A stretch of 64,000 bases of DNA, taken from positions 736,001-800,000 of the forward strand of contig CAXXFF010000001.1 in assembly GCA_963676835.2 (NCBI GenBank), read 5' to 3'. A program made the position numbers and the translations under genes. Shown in pieces: positions 16,936 to 26,777 of the stretch. The notes beneath the pieces were generated by a model that made no database searches, was not told where the DNA came from, and saw nothing but the letters and a program-made list of their open reading frames with translations. Positions within the stretch are counted from its first letter, which is position 1; every line of letters starts with the position of its first letter. The DNA is from Marispirochaeta sp. (lineage in GTDB: Bacteria; Spirochaetota; Spirochaetia; JC444; Marispirochaetaceae).

Positions 16936-17532
16936 TCAGTTTTGCATGGAAAAAGCGCGGGTTCTTGATAAACGGATAAGCTTTTTTACCGGCATATCAC
17001 ATCCTTCGGGAATACGCTGCACAATATGCTTTAGCAGCCTGGAACAAACCTCTGCGTCATCCAGAGCACGATGAAACTGATTGCCCTCAAGGCTGTATTT
17101 TTGAGCAAGGTTCTGCAGGCTGTAACTTTTTTCTCCCTTAAGTTCCGCCCGGGCAAAACTGCAGGTATCAATAGCACGAAAATCAGGTGCCTTTATTCCG
17201 TTGGCATCACAGGCTGCTTTTAGAAAAGAGAGATCAAAATTGACATTGTGGGCCACAATAACAGCATCTTCCATCAATGAGAGAAGCTCCGGCAGAATTG
17301 CGGCTACAGAGGGGGCCTCAGCAACCATCTCATCACGGATTCCGTGTATTGCAATGGAAGATTCCGGTATGCTCCTGCCGGGATTTACAAAGCTCTGAAA
17401 CCGGCGCAGGACGGATCCGCCGGAAACAAGCAGAGCCCCGGCCTCTATGATAGCGTCTGTTCTGGGATAGAGGCCGGTGGTCTCAAAATCAATAAAACAG
17501 AACCGTGCGTTTCGGTAGGTCTCGTCCCCCAT
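16936..17532 (-). CDS. DnaQ/PolC-like DEDDh 3'-5' exonuclease
   Basis: ExoI DFETTG, ExoII AHNVNFD, ExoIII HRALDDA. Confidence 0.92.
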   Translation of the reverse strand: MGDETYRNARFCFIDFETTGLYPRTDAIIEAGALLVSGGSVLRRFQSFVNPGRSIPESSIAIHGIRDEMVAEAPSVAAILPELLSLMEDAVIVAHNVNFDLSFLKAACDANGIKAPDFRAIDTCSFARAELKGEKSYSLQNLAQKYSLEGNQFHRALDDAEVCSRLLKHIVQRIPEGCDMPVKKLIRLSRTRAFSMQN

Positions 17533-17534
17533 GC

Positions 17535-20039
17535 CTAGTTGGCAACAATAGCATTAGAGGGATTTGAAGACTGGGCTTTAACCCTGAAACCTATCTTACC
17601 GTTCCGTACGGTGACCTGGATAATATTTCCGTTGGAACATTTTCCCTTCAGAATCTCCATGGAAAGCGGATCCTCGATCTCCTTCTGAATAATCCGCCGC
17701 ATGGGCCGGGCGCCGAATTTAACATCATAGCCCATATCAAGCAGCATATCGCGGGCAGTCTTGCTTATCTCCAGGAAGAGATTCATTTCAAGCAGCCGCA
17801 GCCGAACCTCATCGACAAGAATATCAAAAATAGTTGCCACCTGGTTTCTGCTGAGGCTGTGGAAAACAACAATCTCATCCACCCGGTTGATAAACTCAGG
17901 CCTGAAGAACCGTTTCAGCTCAGAGAGCGCTGAGGTTTTAATTTCGTTATACGCAAGCAGACCGTCATCGGCACGGAACCCGAGGCCGGATTCGCGGGTA
18001 ATTTCCCTTGCTCCCGCATTGGAGGTCATAATAACTACGGTATTACGGAAGGAGACTTTGTGCCCGAGATTATCCTGAAGCTCTCCCTCTTCCAGCACCT
18101 GAAGCAGAATATTGAAAACATCCGGGTGGGCTTTTTCTATTTCATCCAGGAGAATAACGCTGTAGGGTCTCCGACGGATCTTTTCAGTAAGAATACCGCC
18201 CTCTTCATAACCGACATATCCGGGAGGAGCTCCAACCAGACGGCTGACATTATGCTTTTCCATAAAATCAGACATATCTATACGGATAAGGGAATTTTCA
18301 TCACCGAAGAGAAATACCGCCAGGGTTTTTGCCAGCAGAGATTTTCCAACACCGGTAGGTCCGAGAAAAATAAACGAGCCAAGAGGTCTTTTCGGAGAAC
18401 TGAGCCCGGTTCTTGACCGACGTATAGCCGATGCTATTACGTTAATCGCATCATCCTGTCCGATAACCGTTTTGTGAAGTTCCTGCTCGATATCAAGGAG
18501 CTTTTCCGATTCACTCTGGGCAAGACGGGAGACGGGGATCCCGGTAATCCTGGCAATTATAGCCTGAATATCATCGGCATCAACCATGTTGCGCTCGGAA
18601 CGAAGGCTGTCCTTCCAGCCTTTCTTCATCTCGTCGACCTGTGTTTTCATCTGGCGTACCGTATCCCGGACTGCTGCAGCCTTTTCGTAATCCTGATTGT
18701 TCACCAGATTTATTTTTTCCTGGGTAAGCTTTTCGATCTCAATCTCAAGATCAGAGAGCTCGCTGGGGCGTACACTGTTGCGGATACGCTTATGGCTTCC
18801 GGCTTCGTCTATTAGGTCTATAGCCTTATCGGGAAGAAAACGCTCGATGATATAGCGATGAGAAAGATTTACTGCCGCCTCTATTGCATCGTCGTTATAG
18901 ATAACATTGTGATGATCTTCATACTGCCGCTTGATGCCTCTAAGAATCTCTACGGTTTCATCAACTGAAGGTTCCTTGACGAATATAGTCTGAAACCGCC
19001 GCTCCAGGGCCGCATCCTTTTCGATATATTTCTTGTACTCGTTAAGGGTGGTTGCACCGATACACTGCAGTTCACCCCGGGAAAGTGCGGGCTTGAGCAT
19101 ATTGGAAGCATCGATAGCGCCTTCGGCACCGCCGGCACCGATAATGGTGTGGAGCTCATCAATAAACAGAACCACATTTCCTGCGCTTAAAATCTCTTTC
19201 ATTACCCGTTTGAGACGGTCTTCAAATTCGCCCCGGTACTTGGTTCCGGCAATAAGAGAGGCCAGATCCAGGGTAACAACCCTCTTGTCCATAAGAACTT
19301 CCGGTGCACTGCCGTCGGTAATCCTCTGGGCAAGTCCTTCAACAATAGCGGTCTTGCCGACACCGGGTTCACCGATAAGAACAGGGTTATTCTTTGTACG
19401 GCGGGCAAGAATCTGAATAACCCGCTCGATCTCATCATCCCGGCCGATCACCGGATCAAGTTTCTTGTCTCTGGCATACTCGGTCAGATCCCGGGAAAAC
19501 TCATCCAGCGTCGGAGTTGCCTTCTTGGGATGGGGCTGAGAACGCTTCTGCTGCCCCTGGGAAGGAGCGCTTTTACGTGACTGGGCCTGCTGGGCAGCAC
19601 TTGCTCCGGCAAGATCCACCACCGAGTTTCTCAGAGCCTCGATACTGATATTGTATTTTCCAAGCGTCCTTGCCACAACACTGCCGGTCTCCCGGGCTGC
19701 AGCAAGCAGGAGGTGTTCTGTTCCGATGTATTCATGTCCGAGGTTGCGTGCCTCTTCGGCACTGTCCTCAAGCATCTTCTTTCCCCTTTTTGACGGCGGA
19801 ACATCACCGAGGATAAACCCGGTATGCCGCTTGGGGATACTCTTTTCAATTTCAAGCTGCAGCTCAACAGGGTCTACCTTCAGCTCCTTGAGAGCCTTAT
19901 AGCCCACCCCCTCGCCGTCCTTGAGCAGAGCAAGAATAATGTGCTCCGGCAGCAGCTTGTCTGAATGGAAGCGTTTTGCCTCTTCCTGGGCGAAAATGGT
20001 CAGCAGACGCTGCGCTCGTTGTGTTAATCCTTTAAACAT
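17535..20039 (-). CDS. clpC: ATP-dependent Clp protease ATP-binding subunit ClpC
   Basis: Double Clp-N repeat, two AAA modules ([16 protein letters not shown]), UVR middle domain, ClpP-docking LGF loop. Confidence 0.97.
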   Translation of the reverse strand: MFKGLTQRAQRLLTIFAQEEAKRFHSDKLLPEHIILALLKDGEGVGYKALKELKVDPVELQLEIEKSIPKRHTGFILGDVPPSKRGKKMLEDSAEEARNLGHEYIGTEHLLLAAARETGSVVARTLGKYNISIEALRNSVVDLAGASAAQQAQSRKSAPSQGQQKRSQPHPKKATPTLDEFSRDLTEYARDKKLDPVIGRDDEIERVIQILARRTKNNPVLIGEPGVGKTAIVEGLAQRITDGSAPEVLMDKRVVTLDLASLIAGTKYRGEFEDRLKRVMKEILSAGNVVLFIDELHTIIGAGGAEGAIDASNMLKPALSRGELQCIGATTLNEYKKYIEKDAALERRFQTIFVKEPSVDETVEILRGIKRQYEDHHNVIYNDDAIEAAVNLSHRYIIERFLPDKAIDLIDEAGSHKRIRNSVRPSELSDLEIEIEKLTQEKINLVNNQDYEKAAAVRDTVRQMKTQVDEMKKGWKDSLRSERNMVDADDIQAIIARITGIPVSRLAQSESEKLLDIEQELHKTVIGQDDAINVIASAIRRSRTGLSSPKRPLGSFIFLGPTGVGKSLLAKTLAVFLFGDENSLIRIDMSDFMEKHNVSRLVGAPPGYVGYEEGGILTEKIRRRPYSVILLDEIEKAHPDVFNILLQVLEEGELQDNLGHKVSFRNTVVIMTSNAGAREITRESGLGFRADDGLLAYNEIKTSALSELKRFFRPEFINRVDEIVVFHSLSRNQVATIFDILVDEVRLRLLEMNLFLEISKTARDMLLDMGYDVKFGARPMRRIIQKEIEDPLSMEILKGKCSNGNIIQVTVRNGKIGFRVKAQSSNPSNAIVAN

Positions 20040-21099
20040 CCCATCCTCCTGCCATTCCGGCGTTCAGAGTCTCCCTGATCAGCTTAGCTCGATAAGCATC
20101 GACTGGGATATCCTTGTTCTTTTCGTTCTGCTTAATAAGCATCTGGACATGCGATTTCTGGCTGAGAAAGAGCAGGCCTGTTACCATGGGGATACCTAAA
20201 GGAACCATCTCACACTCTATGCCGAAACGAAGCAGATTCAAGGCGTCTATTGCCTCTTTCGACTCCATAATCCGGCTGTAAAGCAGGGTGCCCAAAGCCC
20301 GGTAAACCTTATCTTCCATGGCAAGCCTGTTCTTTTTCAGAACCTCTTCGCGTGCCGTCCTCTCATAATGTACCAATTGATGTACCACACCATCAAGTTT
20401 TGCCAGCAATTCTTCTTCGCTTTCTCCGATTGCAACGGAATTTGCTATCTGATAGAGGTAGCCAAGGCTGTTTTCATTATCCGAAAAGAAGCCTTTTACG
20501 GAGAATCCAAGCTGTACCACTGCCTTCAGGGCTTTGTCGATCATCCCGGTTTCAACAAGTGCCGGCAGATGTACCATGGATGAAGCCTTGAGGCCGGTAC
20601 CGAGATTGTTAACTTCCGGTGTCAGATAGCCCCATTCCAGAGAAACCGAGTAGTCGAGATACTCCTCTAAGCCGCTGTCGATTTCATCAAGCTCCTTCCA
20701 CAGAGAACTCATATCGGATCCGGGGGCAAAGAGAGCCATCCTCAGGTGATCAATCTCATTCACCATGGCGCTGAAACGGTAGTCACTGCGTACAATCGCC
20801 GCCTTGGCGGTCTGCAGACTGAAATCCTGGGAGATAAGGTTTCGCTCAAGCAGAACCCGGCGTTCCACCGGCTCCAGGTCTCCCATGGGAAGAAACTGAT
20901 ACTGACTTCCCAGGGAGGAAAAAGAACGCCGCACCTGCAGCTGTATAACCTGCTCCTCCTCGGCGTTGACATGGGGAATAAAATGATATCCCGAGATATT
21001 CCGGGCAAGCCTCAGCCTGGATGCGACCACCACGTCATCATCGGGTCCGGAAGCGTTATACCAGCCGGGAGTGTTCTCTGCACTGGAAAACTGAATCAC
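20032..21099 (-). CDS. mcsB: McsB-family protein-arginine kinase homolog (active site diverged)
   Basis: SRLRLARN, NEIDHLR and GYLT...NLGTGLKAS guanido-kinase motifs; located between mcsA and clpC. Confidence 0.88.
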   Translation of the reverse strand: MIQFSSAENTPGWYNASGPDDDVVVASRLRLARNISGYHFIPHVNAEEEQVIQLQVRRSFSSLGSQYQFLPMGDLEPVERRVLLERNLISQDFSLQTAKAAIVRSDYRFSAMVNEIDHLRMALFAPGSDMSSLWKELDEIDSGLEEYLDYSVSLEWGYLTPEVNNLGTGLKASSMVHLPALVETGMIDKALKAVVQLGFSVKGFFSDNENSLGYLYQIANSVAIGESEEELLAKLDGVVHQLVHYERTAREEVLKKNRLAMEDKVYRALGTLLYSRIMESKEAIDALNLLRFGIECEMVPLGIPMVTGLLFLSQKSHVQMLIKQNEKNKDIPVDAYRAKLIRETLNAGMAGGWDV

Positions 21100-21596
21100 T
21101 CATCCGCCTCCTGGGAACCTTCAAGGGAGCTGATACGGTCCCGAAGGGAAGCTGCCGCCTCATAATCCTCGTTATCAACCGCTTCCTGGAGACGCTTTTT
21201 CAGGATCTCCTTATCCACCAGAAGAGCTTTGTAGGCTTTCAGCCTTTTCGGGTATTTCCCGGTATGCTTCACCTTGCCGGCAAAATCCTCGAGGTAGCCT
21301 GCAATCTCCTCTCTGAATGCTGAGTAACATTCCGGACAGCCTACAAGACCGTTTTTACGAAAATCCTTCAGCCGCGTACCGCAGGCAGGACAGGAATCTT
21401 CACTCCTGGGGCGTGGAGACAGGTCCACCAGCCCGTTGAGGAGTTCATTCAGGGACAGTTCGATCTTATCACTGTTTGAAGATATGCCGTTTTTGTGGGC
21501 ACACTTCTCACAGAGGTGTATTTCTTTGTTTTCTTTACCTACAATCTGCTGTATGTGAATAACTGCATCGTTCTTCTTACAGAGTTCGCACTTCAT
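21096..21596 (-). CDS. mcsA: McsA (CxxC x4 + UVR domain)
   Basis: CELC, CEKC, CPAC, GCPECY, HTGKYP, EDYEAAASLRD. Confidence 0.93.
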   Translation of the reverse strand: MKCELCKKNDAVIHIQQIVGKENKEIHLCEKCAHKNGISSNSDKIELSLNELLNGLVDLSPRPRSEDSCPACGTRLKDFRKNGLVGCPECYSAFREEIAGYLEDFAGKVKHTGKYPKRLKAYKALLVDKEILKKRLQEAVDNEDYEAAASLRDRISSLEGSQEADE

Positions 21597-21653
21597 ACCG
21601 CCCCTCCACTAGTATAGTATAGCAATTCTGTATCTTTTTTCTACAAGAACCGC

Positions 21654-22937
21654 CTACCGTTTCTGTAATATATGCAAAGGACGCAAAACGGCGGCCCGGA
21701 GAGCCGGAATAAGAGCGGAGAGAACTGCAACCCCAAGGGTAAAGCCGACAATACCCAGAACAGCAGAACCATCCAGCTTAACCGGAATGGTATCAAGATA
21801 AAAACTGGAATTAAAAAGGTCAACGTTGCCGACACCGCTGGTAAAAAGAGTGATAATACCGTTGATCAGATTTTCCATAAAAGAAATGATGGAGTTTATA
21901 TTAACCGCAATAAGCGCCCCCGCTGCGATACCCGGAACAACTCCGGCTATTCCGGTTAATAGCCCCGCGGCAAGAAACACAAGGGCAATCTGGCTGCGGC
22001 CCGTTCCTGTTGCTTTGAGAATGGCAATCTGTTCACGGTTTTCGAGCACCAGCATTCCAAGGGTAGCGGATATATTGAGTGTTGCCACCAGCACAATCAG
22101 CGCCATTATCAAAAGAATAAGATTTCTGGAGGTTTCAAAAGAGGCATACATGGGACGCTGCAGCTCCTGCCAGCTCATGAGGTACCACTCGCCATTCAGG
22201 GCAAGGCCGATCTCCCGGCGAAGATTGTCCATATTTTCAAAAGGTTCATCCACCTTGATACCGATGTACCGAATCCCCTGATCCCGCAGGATACTCTCTG
22301 CCCTTGAATATGAAACATAGGCAGTCATGGCATCAAGTTCATAATAGCCGGAAGAGCAGATACCGGTTACGGTAAAAAAGCTGGGGCGGAGAAAAAGAGC
22401 ACCCGAAGAAGAGGTCCGGCTGGAAAGAAGTTTAATACTGTCTCCTATACCCACAGAAAGTTCATCTGCAATTCCCCGGGAAATAACAATACCCTTTTCA
22501 TCGGAGAGGTCGAAACTGCCTTCTTCAAGGATCATATAGGACCGAAACCCGGTATCAGTCTCCCATACATCCGATGGAAGCCCCTTCAGGGTGATCCCCG
22601 CCCTTCCCGAGGAGGAGTAGAGCATTCCCAATCCGCGAATTACCGGAAAGGTACCGGAAACACCGGGAACTGCGGCAATCTTCTCTGCAGCCTCCTGCCA
22701 GTTTACATCTGCACTGTAGCTTCTGGCCTGGAGATGATAGGTGCCGATCTCGAGAAAACGGGCGGTAATCCCCCGGATCAGACCTGAGGAAACAACCATA
22801 ACCAGTACCAGCGGAATAAGGGACAACGAGATACCGAGGACAGTACCCTTCAGATGGCTGGTAATACGCCGTTCCCGGCGAAACACCAGTCGCCATGCCA
22901 GATGAAAAGGAGCAGGATTAAATCCTTTCTTAACCAT
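21654..22937 (-). CDS. Lipoprotein-releasing ABC transporter permease (LolC/E family)
   Basis: FtsX/MacB-type permease with IAILKATG and C-terminal IPALRAA; adjacent to lolD. Confidence 0.88.
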   Translation of the reverse strand: MVKKGFNPAPFHLAWRLVFRRERRITSHLKGTVLGISLSLIPLVLVMVVSSGLIRGITARFLEIGTYHLQARSYSADVNWQEAAEKIAAVPGVSGTFPVIRGLGMLYSSSGRAGITLKGLPSDVWETDTGFRSYMILEEGSFDLSDEKGIVISRGIADELSVGIGDSIKLLSSRTSSSGALFLRPSFFTVTGICSSGYYELDAMTAYVSYSRAESILRDQGIRYIGIKVDEPFENMDNLRREIGLALNGEWYLMSWQELQRPMYASFETSRNLILLIMALIVLVATLNISATLGMLVLENREQIAILKATGTGRSQIALVFLAAGLLTGIAGVVPGIAAGALIAVNINSIISFMENLINGIITLFTSGVGNVDLFNSSFYLDTIPVKLDGSAVLGIVGFTLGVAVLSALIPALRAAVLRPLHILQKR

Positions 22938-22940
22938 GGT

Positions 22941-23618
22941 TTATACTGTCTCCAGCTTTCCCGCATGCAGGCGGTAGGCAGAATCCCCCTCGGGAATGAG
23001 TTGAGGATCATGAGTAACCAGCAGCAGGGTTTTACCAAGGTCGCGGACAAGAGAAAAAAGCAGTTCCTTTACCTTTTCAGTGTTCTTCTCATCAAGATTG
23101 CCTGTTGGTTCATCCGCAAGCAGCAGTTTGGGATCATTAACCAGGGACCTCGCCAGGGCAGCCCGCTGCCGCTCACCACCGGAAAGCTGTGCCGGGGTGT
23201 GATCCAGCCGGTGCTCCATCCCCACCCGGACAAGCAGTTCCTCCGCCTGTTTCAGTGCTTTTTTCCTGGGGAGACCTGTCATGTAGGCCGGAAGCATGAC
23301 ATTCTCAAGGGCGGTAAAGCCGTCCAGAAGGTAATGAAACTGAAATACAAATCCCACCGCCGTGGAGCGGTAGCGGTTGGTTTCACCCTCGTTCATTGAA
23401 TCAACCCGAAGGCCGTCGACACTGACAGTTCCGGAGTCGGGAGAATCCAGCGAACCAATAATATTAAGAAGGGTACTTTTACCGGAACCGCTCTCGCCGG
23501 TAAAGATTGTCACACTGCCCGCAAGCACCGTAAGATCGAGAGCATCAAGAATGGTAAGGACCTCGCCTCCGGACTCAAACTTCTTGGTAATTCCTTCCAG
23601 TTTAATAAGATCCATCAT
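22941..23618 (-). CDS. lolD: Lipoprotein-releasing ABC transporter ATPase
   Basis: GESGSGKST, LolD motif GFVFQFHYLL, LSGGERQR, LADEPTGNLD. Confidence 0.92.
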   Translation of the reverse strand: MMDLIKLEGITKKFESGGEVLTILDALDLTVLAGSVTIFTGESGSGKSTLLNIIGSLDSPDSGTVSVDGLRVDSMNEGETNRYRSTAVGFVFQFHYLLDGFTALENVMLPAYMTGLPRKKALKQAEELLVRVGMEHRLDHTPAQLSGGERQRAALARSLVNDPKLLLADEPTGNLDEKNTEKVKELLFSLVRDLGKTLLLVTHDPQLIPEGDSAYRLHAGKLETV

Positions 23619-24862
23619 TCGTACCTCAAAATTTGACTTGGCTTCATGGAGACTACATCCCGGGAGGCCATCCAGGCCGACAGCAGGGCGGCAGAAAAGG
23701 CGCAGGCGCCGATAAGCACCAGCTCCGCCGGAAGGACCCTCACCGGAACTTCACTGAGATAAAAGGTGCCGGAGTTTATGGCCAGCCGGGAAGAAATATG
23801 CTCCAGCAGGCGAAACAGAGAGTTTATATGAGTAACCGTAAGCAGACCCAGAAGAAGTCCCCAGAAGGTACCGGCAAATCCTATGATGGCACCTTCGAGG
23901 ATAAACACGAGCTGCACCTGCCTGCTTCCACCACCCACTGCCCGGAGGACCGCAATGGCAGCCCTCTTCTCCTGAACCCCGCGGCGCAGGGAATGATAGA
24001 TATTTCCGGCCACAACCAGAAACATTACCCCGATAAGCAGTGACATGGTCAGTTTTTCCATTCGCAGGGCACCGAAAAAAGCACGGTTGAACTCCCGCCA
24101 CGAAACCAGTCCACCCGAATCAAAGCCTTCAGATTCAAGGACATCCGCGATGGTAGTCAGGGCAGAAGATATTCTGTATCTGTTTTTCAGTTTGATGCCG
24201 ATAACGGGATGATCAATGCCGGAAGCAAGGCTTTGAACATTTTCGAGGGATGTAAATACCAGCCCCCGGTCATACTCATAAAAACCGCTTTGAAATATTC
24301 CTGCAACGGGCATCTCCCGGGAAGCCGGCATGAGACCTGCGTAGCCAGAACCTGAAAGAGCCGCCAGGGTCATGGTATCACCAATGTGAACCCCGACAGC
24401 CCGGGCCAGTTCCCGTCCAATCACAAGCCCGGCTGAAAAATCCAGATCTCCGTCAACCAGATTCAACTGCCCTATCATACCCGGGTCTATTTGTTCTATA
24501 TCAACCGGCAATCCGCGGACTTCAACTGCTTCAAAACTGCCGAAACGCCCCCGGGCAAGAGTCTGGGTTTCCAGAAAAGGGACGGCAGCCTTGACCCCGG
24601 GGACTGCCTTCAGGCTTTCTGCGGCAGCAAGCGTCTCTGTATCGATGATACCGGTTACCCGCAGATCATAGGAGCGGATCTCAAGTATATCTTCAATAAA
24701 TCCCAACTGAAATCCGTTCATCACACCCATAACCACAACCAGAGTCAGTACCCCTACGGCGATTCCGGCGGTGCTGAGAAAGCTTGCAGCCAGAGTCCGG
24801 GAAGTTCTTCGTTCCTTAAGATAACGGCGGGCGGTAAAAAACACCCATTCAAGGCTCTTCAT
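23615..24862 (-). CDS. Lipoprotein-releasing ABC transporter permease (LolC/E family)
   Basis: GIAVGVLTLVVVMGVMNGF, ALRMEK, IAVLRAVG, PSQILRYE. Confidence 0.9.
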   Translation of the reverse strand: MKSLEWVFFTARRYLKERRTSRTLAASFLSTAGIAVGVLTLVVVMGVMNGFQLGFIEDILEIRSYDLRVTGIIDTETLAAAESLKAVPGVKAAVPFLETQTLARGRFGSFEAVEVRGLPVDIEQIDPGMIGQLNLVDGDLDFSAGLVIGRELARAVGVHIGDTMTLAALSGSGYAGLMPASREMPVAGIFQSGFYEYDRGLVFTSLENVQSLASGIDHPVIGIKLKNRYRISSALTTIADVLESEGFDSGGLVSWREFNRAFFGALRMEKLTMSLLIGVMFLVVAGNIYHSLRRGVQEKRAAIAVLRAVGGGSRQVQLVFILEGAIIGFAGTFWGLLLGLLTVTHINSLFRLLEHISSRLAINSGTFYLSEVPVRVLPAELVLIGACAFSAALLSAWMASRDVVSMKPSQILRYE

Positions 24863-25880
24863 GGAGCTCCTCTTTTACAAGTTCATCGTTTTCGTACCAC
24901 TTCCGCAGAACCAGCAGGTCCTGGCGATAGTACTCCTCAATCCGGCTGTTCCTCTGAAAAAGAACAATCCGGACAAGCCGCCGGTTGATCCTCAGCTCTT
25001 CACGCGCAAGATCATCTCCGGCATAAAAATAGTTCCGCTGTTCGAGTCTGCCGGGCTCCCGGATAACCGACTCCGCAAGGCGGTCTCCACTGTAGCGGAG
25101 TTCCCTGTCCCTCCGGACTGATCCGTCATCTTCAAAGACTATTTCCCGGATGAGCCGGCCTTCAGAAGTACGTTCAACACGGCTTATAAGGATATCTCCT
25201 TCGGAATAGGTATTCTCACGGATAATCCCGTTAACAGTTTCCCGCTCTACCCGGGCAACCACTGAAGTCCCGCTGATCCGGCTCTCGCGGATTACATCCA
25301 GCCCGTTAAAGAGAGTCTCCGTACCGGATTCAAAAGAACCGGTCCAGGTTTCCGCGAGGCCCCCCTCCGGATCATATCCAAAGTGAAGAACTGTTATCTC
25401 TTCATTATGTGCAAATCTTATTACCGAACGCAGGCGTCCCCGGACATCCCGCAGGTACTCCTGCCGATACTGCTGCACACCACCAACGCTCAACTCGGTA
25501 AACATCAGGCGGCTCTCTTCCCATCCATAGGAAAAAGAGCGCTGCAGTCTTGTTCCCCGGTAAACATCTTCAGATCCGGGCAGCCCGTTATGGTACCGGA
25601 TAACCCGCCGCTCTCCGGCTTCGCTTATTTCTTCTATGCGGTCGGCAGCTCCCGGATTCTCAACAGATGATTTTCGCAGGAGCCTGCCCTGAAGAAAAAG
25701 CTCATCAACACGCTTTTTTCCGTTTTCAATGCGGTGGAGAAGATAACCCTCGGCATCCATATCCGGAATTTCAACCGGAGAGAGAGCCCGTCCGAGAGGG
25801 TCAGACTGAAACCAGCCGGTTTCAGCTGAAAGACCTGTACAGAGGAGAATAAGTAGCAGCACACACCGGATTTGTACCAA
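24849..25880 (-). CDS. Exported hypothetical protein with beta-hairpin-like repeats
   Basis: Signal peptide (LLLILLCTGLSA); recurrent R/E/Y-G turns; SD GGAGAAGG upstream of the TTG start. Confidence 0.7.
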   Translation of the reverse strand: MVQIRCVLLLILLCTGLSAETGWFQSDPLGRALSPVEIPDMDAEGYLLHRIENGKKRVDELFLQGRLLRKSSVENPGAADRIEEISEAGERRVIRYHNGLPGSEDVYRGTRLQRSFSYGWEESRLMFTELSVGGVQQYRQEYLRDVRGRLRSVIRFAHNEEITVLHFGYDPEGGLAETWTGSFESGTETLFNGLDVIRESRISGTSVVARVERETVNGIIRENTYSEGDILISRVERTSEGRLIREIVFEDDGSVRRDRELRYSGDRLAESVIREPGRLEQRNYFYAGDDLAREELRINRRLVRIVLFQRNSRIEEYYRQDLLVLRKWYENDELVKEELHEEP

Positions 25881-25892
25881 ATCCTTCTCCCG

Positions 25893-26750
25893 TCAATCCT
25901 CTAAAAGAGCAGTAAGAAAATCATCGGAACTGAAGGGCCGGATAGCCTCATAATTTTCACCATCACAGACATACAGGAAAGGCACTTTCAGGTTTCTGCA
26001 TACCGAAAGAATAACTCCCCCTTTGGCAGCTGAATCGTATTTGGTCAGGATTATGCCATCCAGGCCCACAGCTTCATGAAAGATCTCAGCCTGGCGCAGT
26101 CCGTTCTGACCGGTGGTGGCATCTATAACCAGAACCTTGCGGTAAACACCATCTATTTCCCGCTTCTTCACTATCCCGTCTATCTTCTGCAGCTCCTTGA
26201 CCAGGTTCTGCTTGTTATGCATTCGTCCCGCGGTATCCGCAATTACCAGGGGAATCTTTTTTGACTGAGCACTCTCAACTGCATCCCATATAACCGCGCC
26301 GGGATCTGCTCCGGAGTGCTGATGAACAACCCGTAATCCCAGCTTTTCACCATGATGAATAAGCTGATCTATTGCTGCAGCCCTGAATGTGTCTCCTGCG
26401 GCAAGAAGTGGCTCTATCCCTTCGGTACGGTGTATACGGGCTGCCAGTTTTGCTATGCTCGTTGTTTTGCCGACACCGTTTACCCCGAGAACAAGAACTA
26501 CATTGACCTTGTCCTTCTCGAGATTCAGCTCTCCCTCAATGAGGTACCCTTTCAGATTATTCCGGAGAACAGTAATCAGATCTTCCCGGGATTTCATTCC
26601 CCGTTCTTTTCTCAGTGCATCCACCACTTCCATGGCGGCCGCAGCCCCGATATCAGCCTCAACAAGCAGATCTTCTATCTCCTCGAAGGTCTCCTCATCA
26701 ATTTTATTACCTGTAAATATGCTTTTAAGCCGAGCTCCAATTCCCCGCAT
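25893..26750 (-). CDS. ftsY: SRP receptor FtsY (NG domain only)
   Basis: GVNGVGKTT, DTFRAAA, DTAGR, DATTGQN, TKYDSAAKGG. Confidence 0.97.
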   Translation of the reverse strand: MRGIGARLKSIFTGNKIDEETFEEIEDLLVEADIGAAAAMEVVDALRKERGMKSREDLITVLRNNLKGYLIEGELNLEKDKVNVVLVLGVNGVGKTTSIAKLAARIHRTEGIEPLLAAGDTFRAAAIDQLIHHGEKLGLRVVHQHSGADPGAVIWDAVESAQSKKIPLVIADTAGRMHNKQNLVKELQKIDGIVKKREIDGVYRKVLVIDATTGQNGLRQAEIFHEAVGLDGIILTKYDSAAKGGVILSVCRNLKVPFLYVCDGENYEAIRPFSSDDFLTALLED

Positions 26751-26777
26751 CGCTTTCGTAACCTCTGTAGTATCAGA

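Noticed and set aside
21597..21653. CtsR box or CIRCE element upstream of mcsA
   Set aside because: No GGTCAAA direct repeat or TTAGCACTC inverted repeat; only an extended -10 (TGcTATACT) and an SD are visible.
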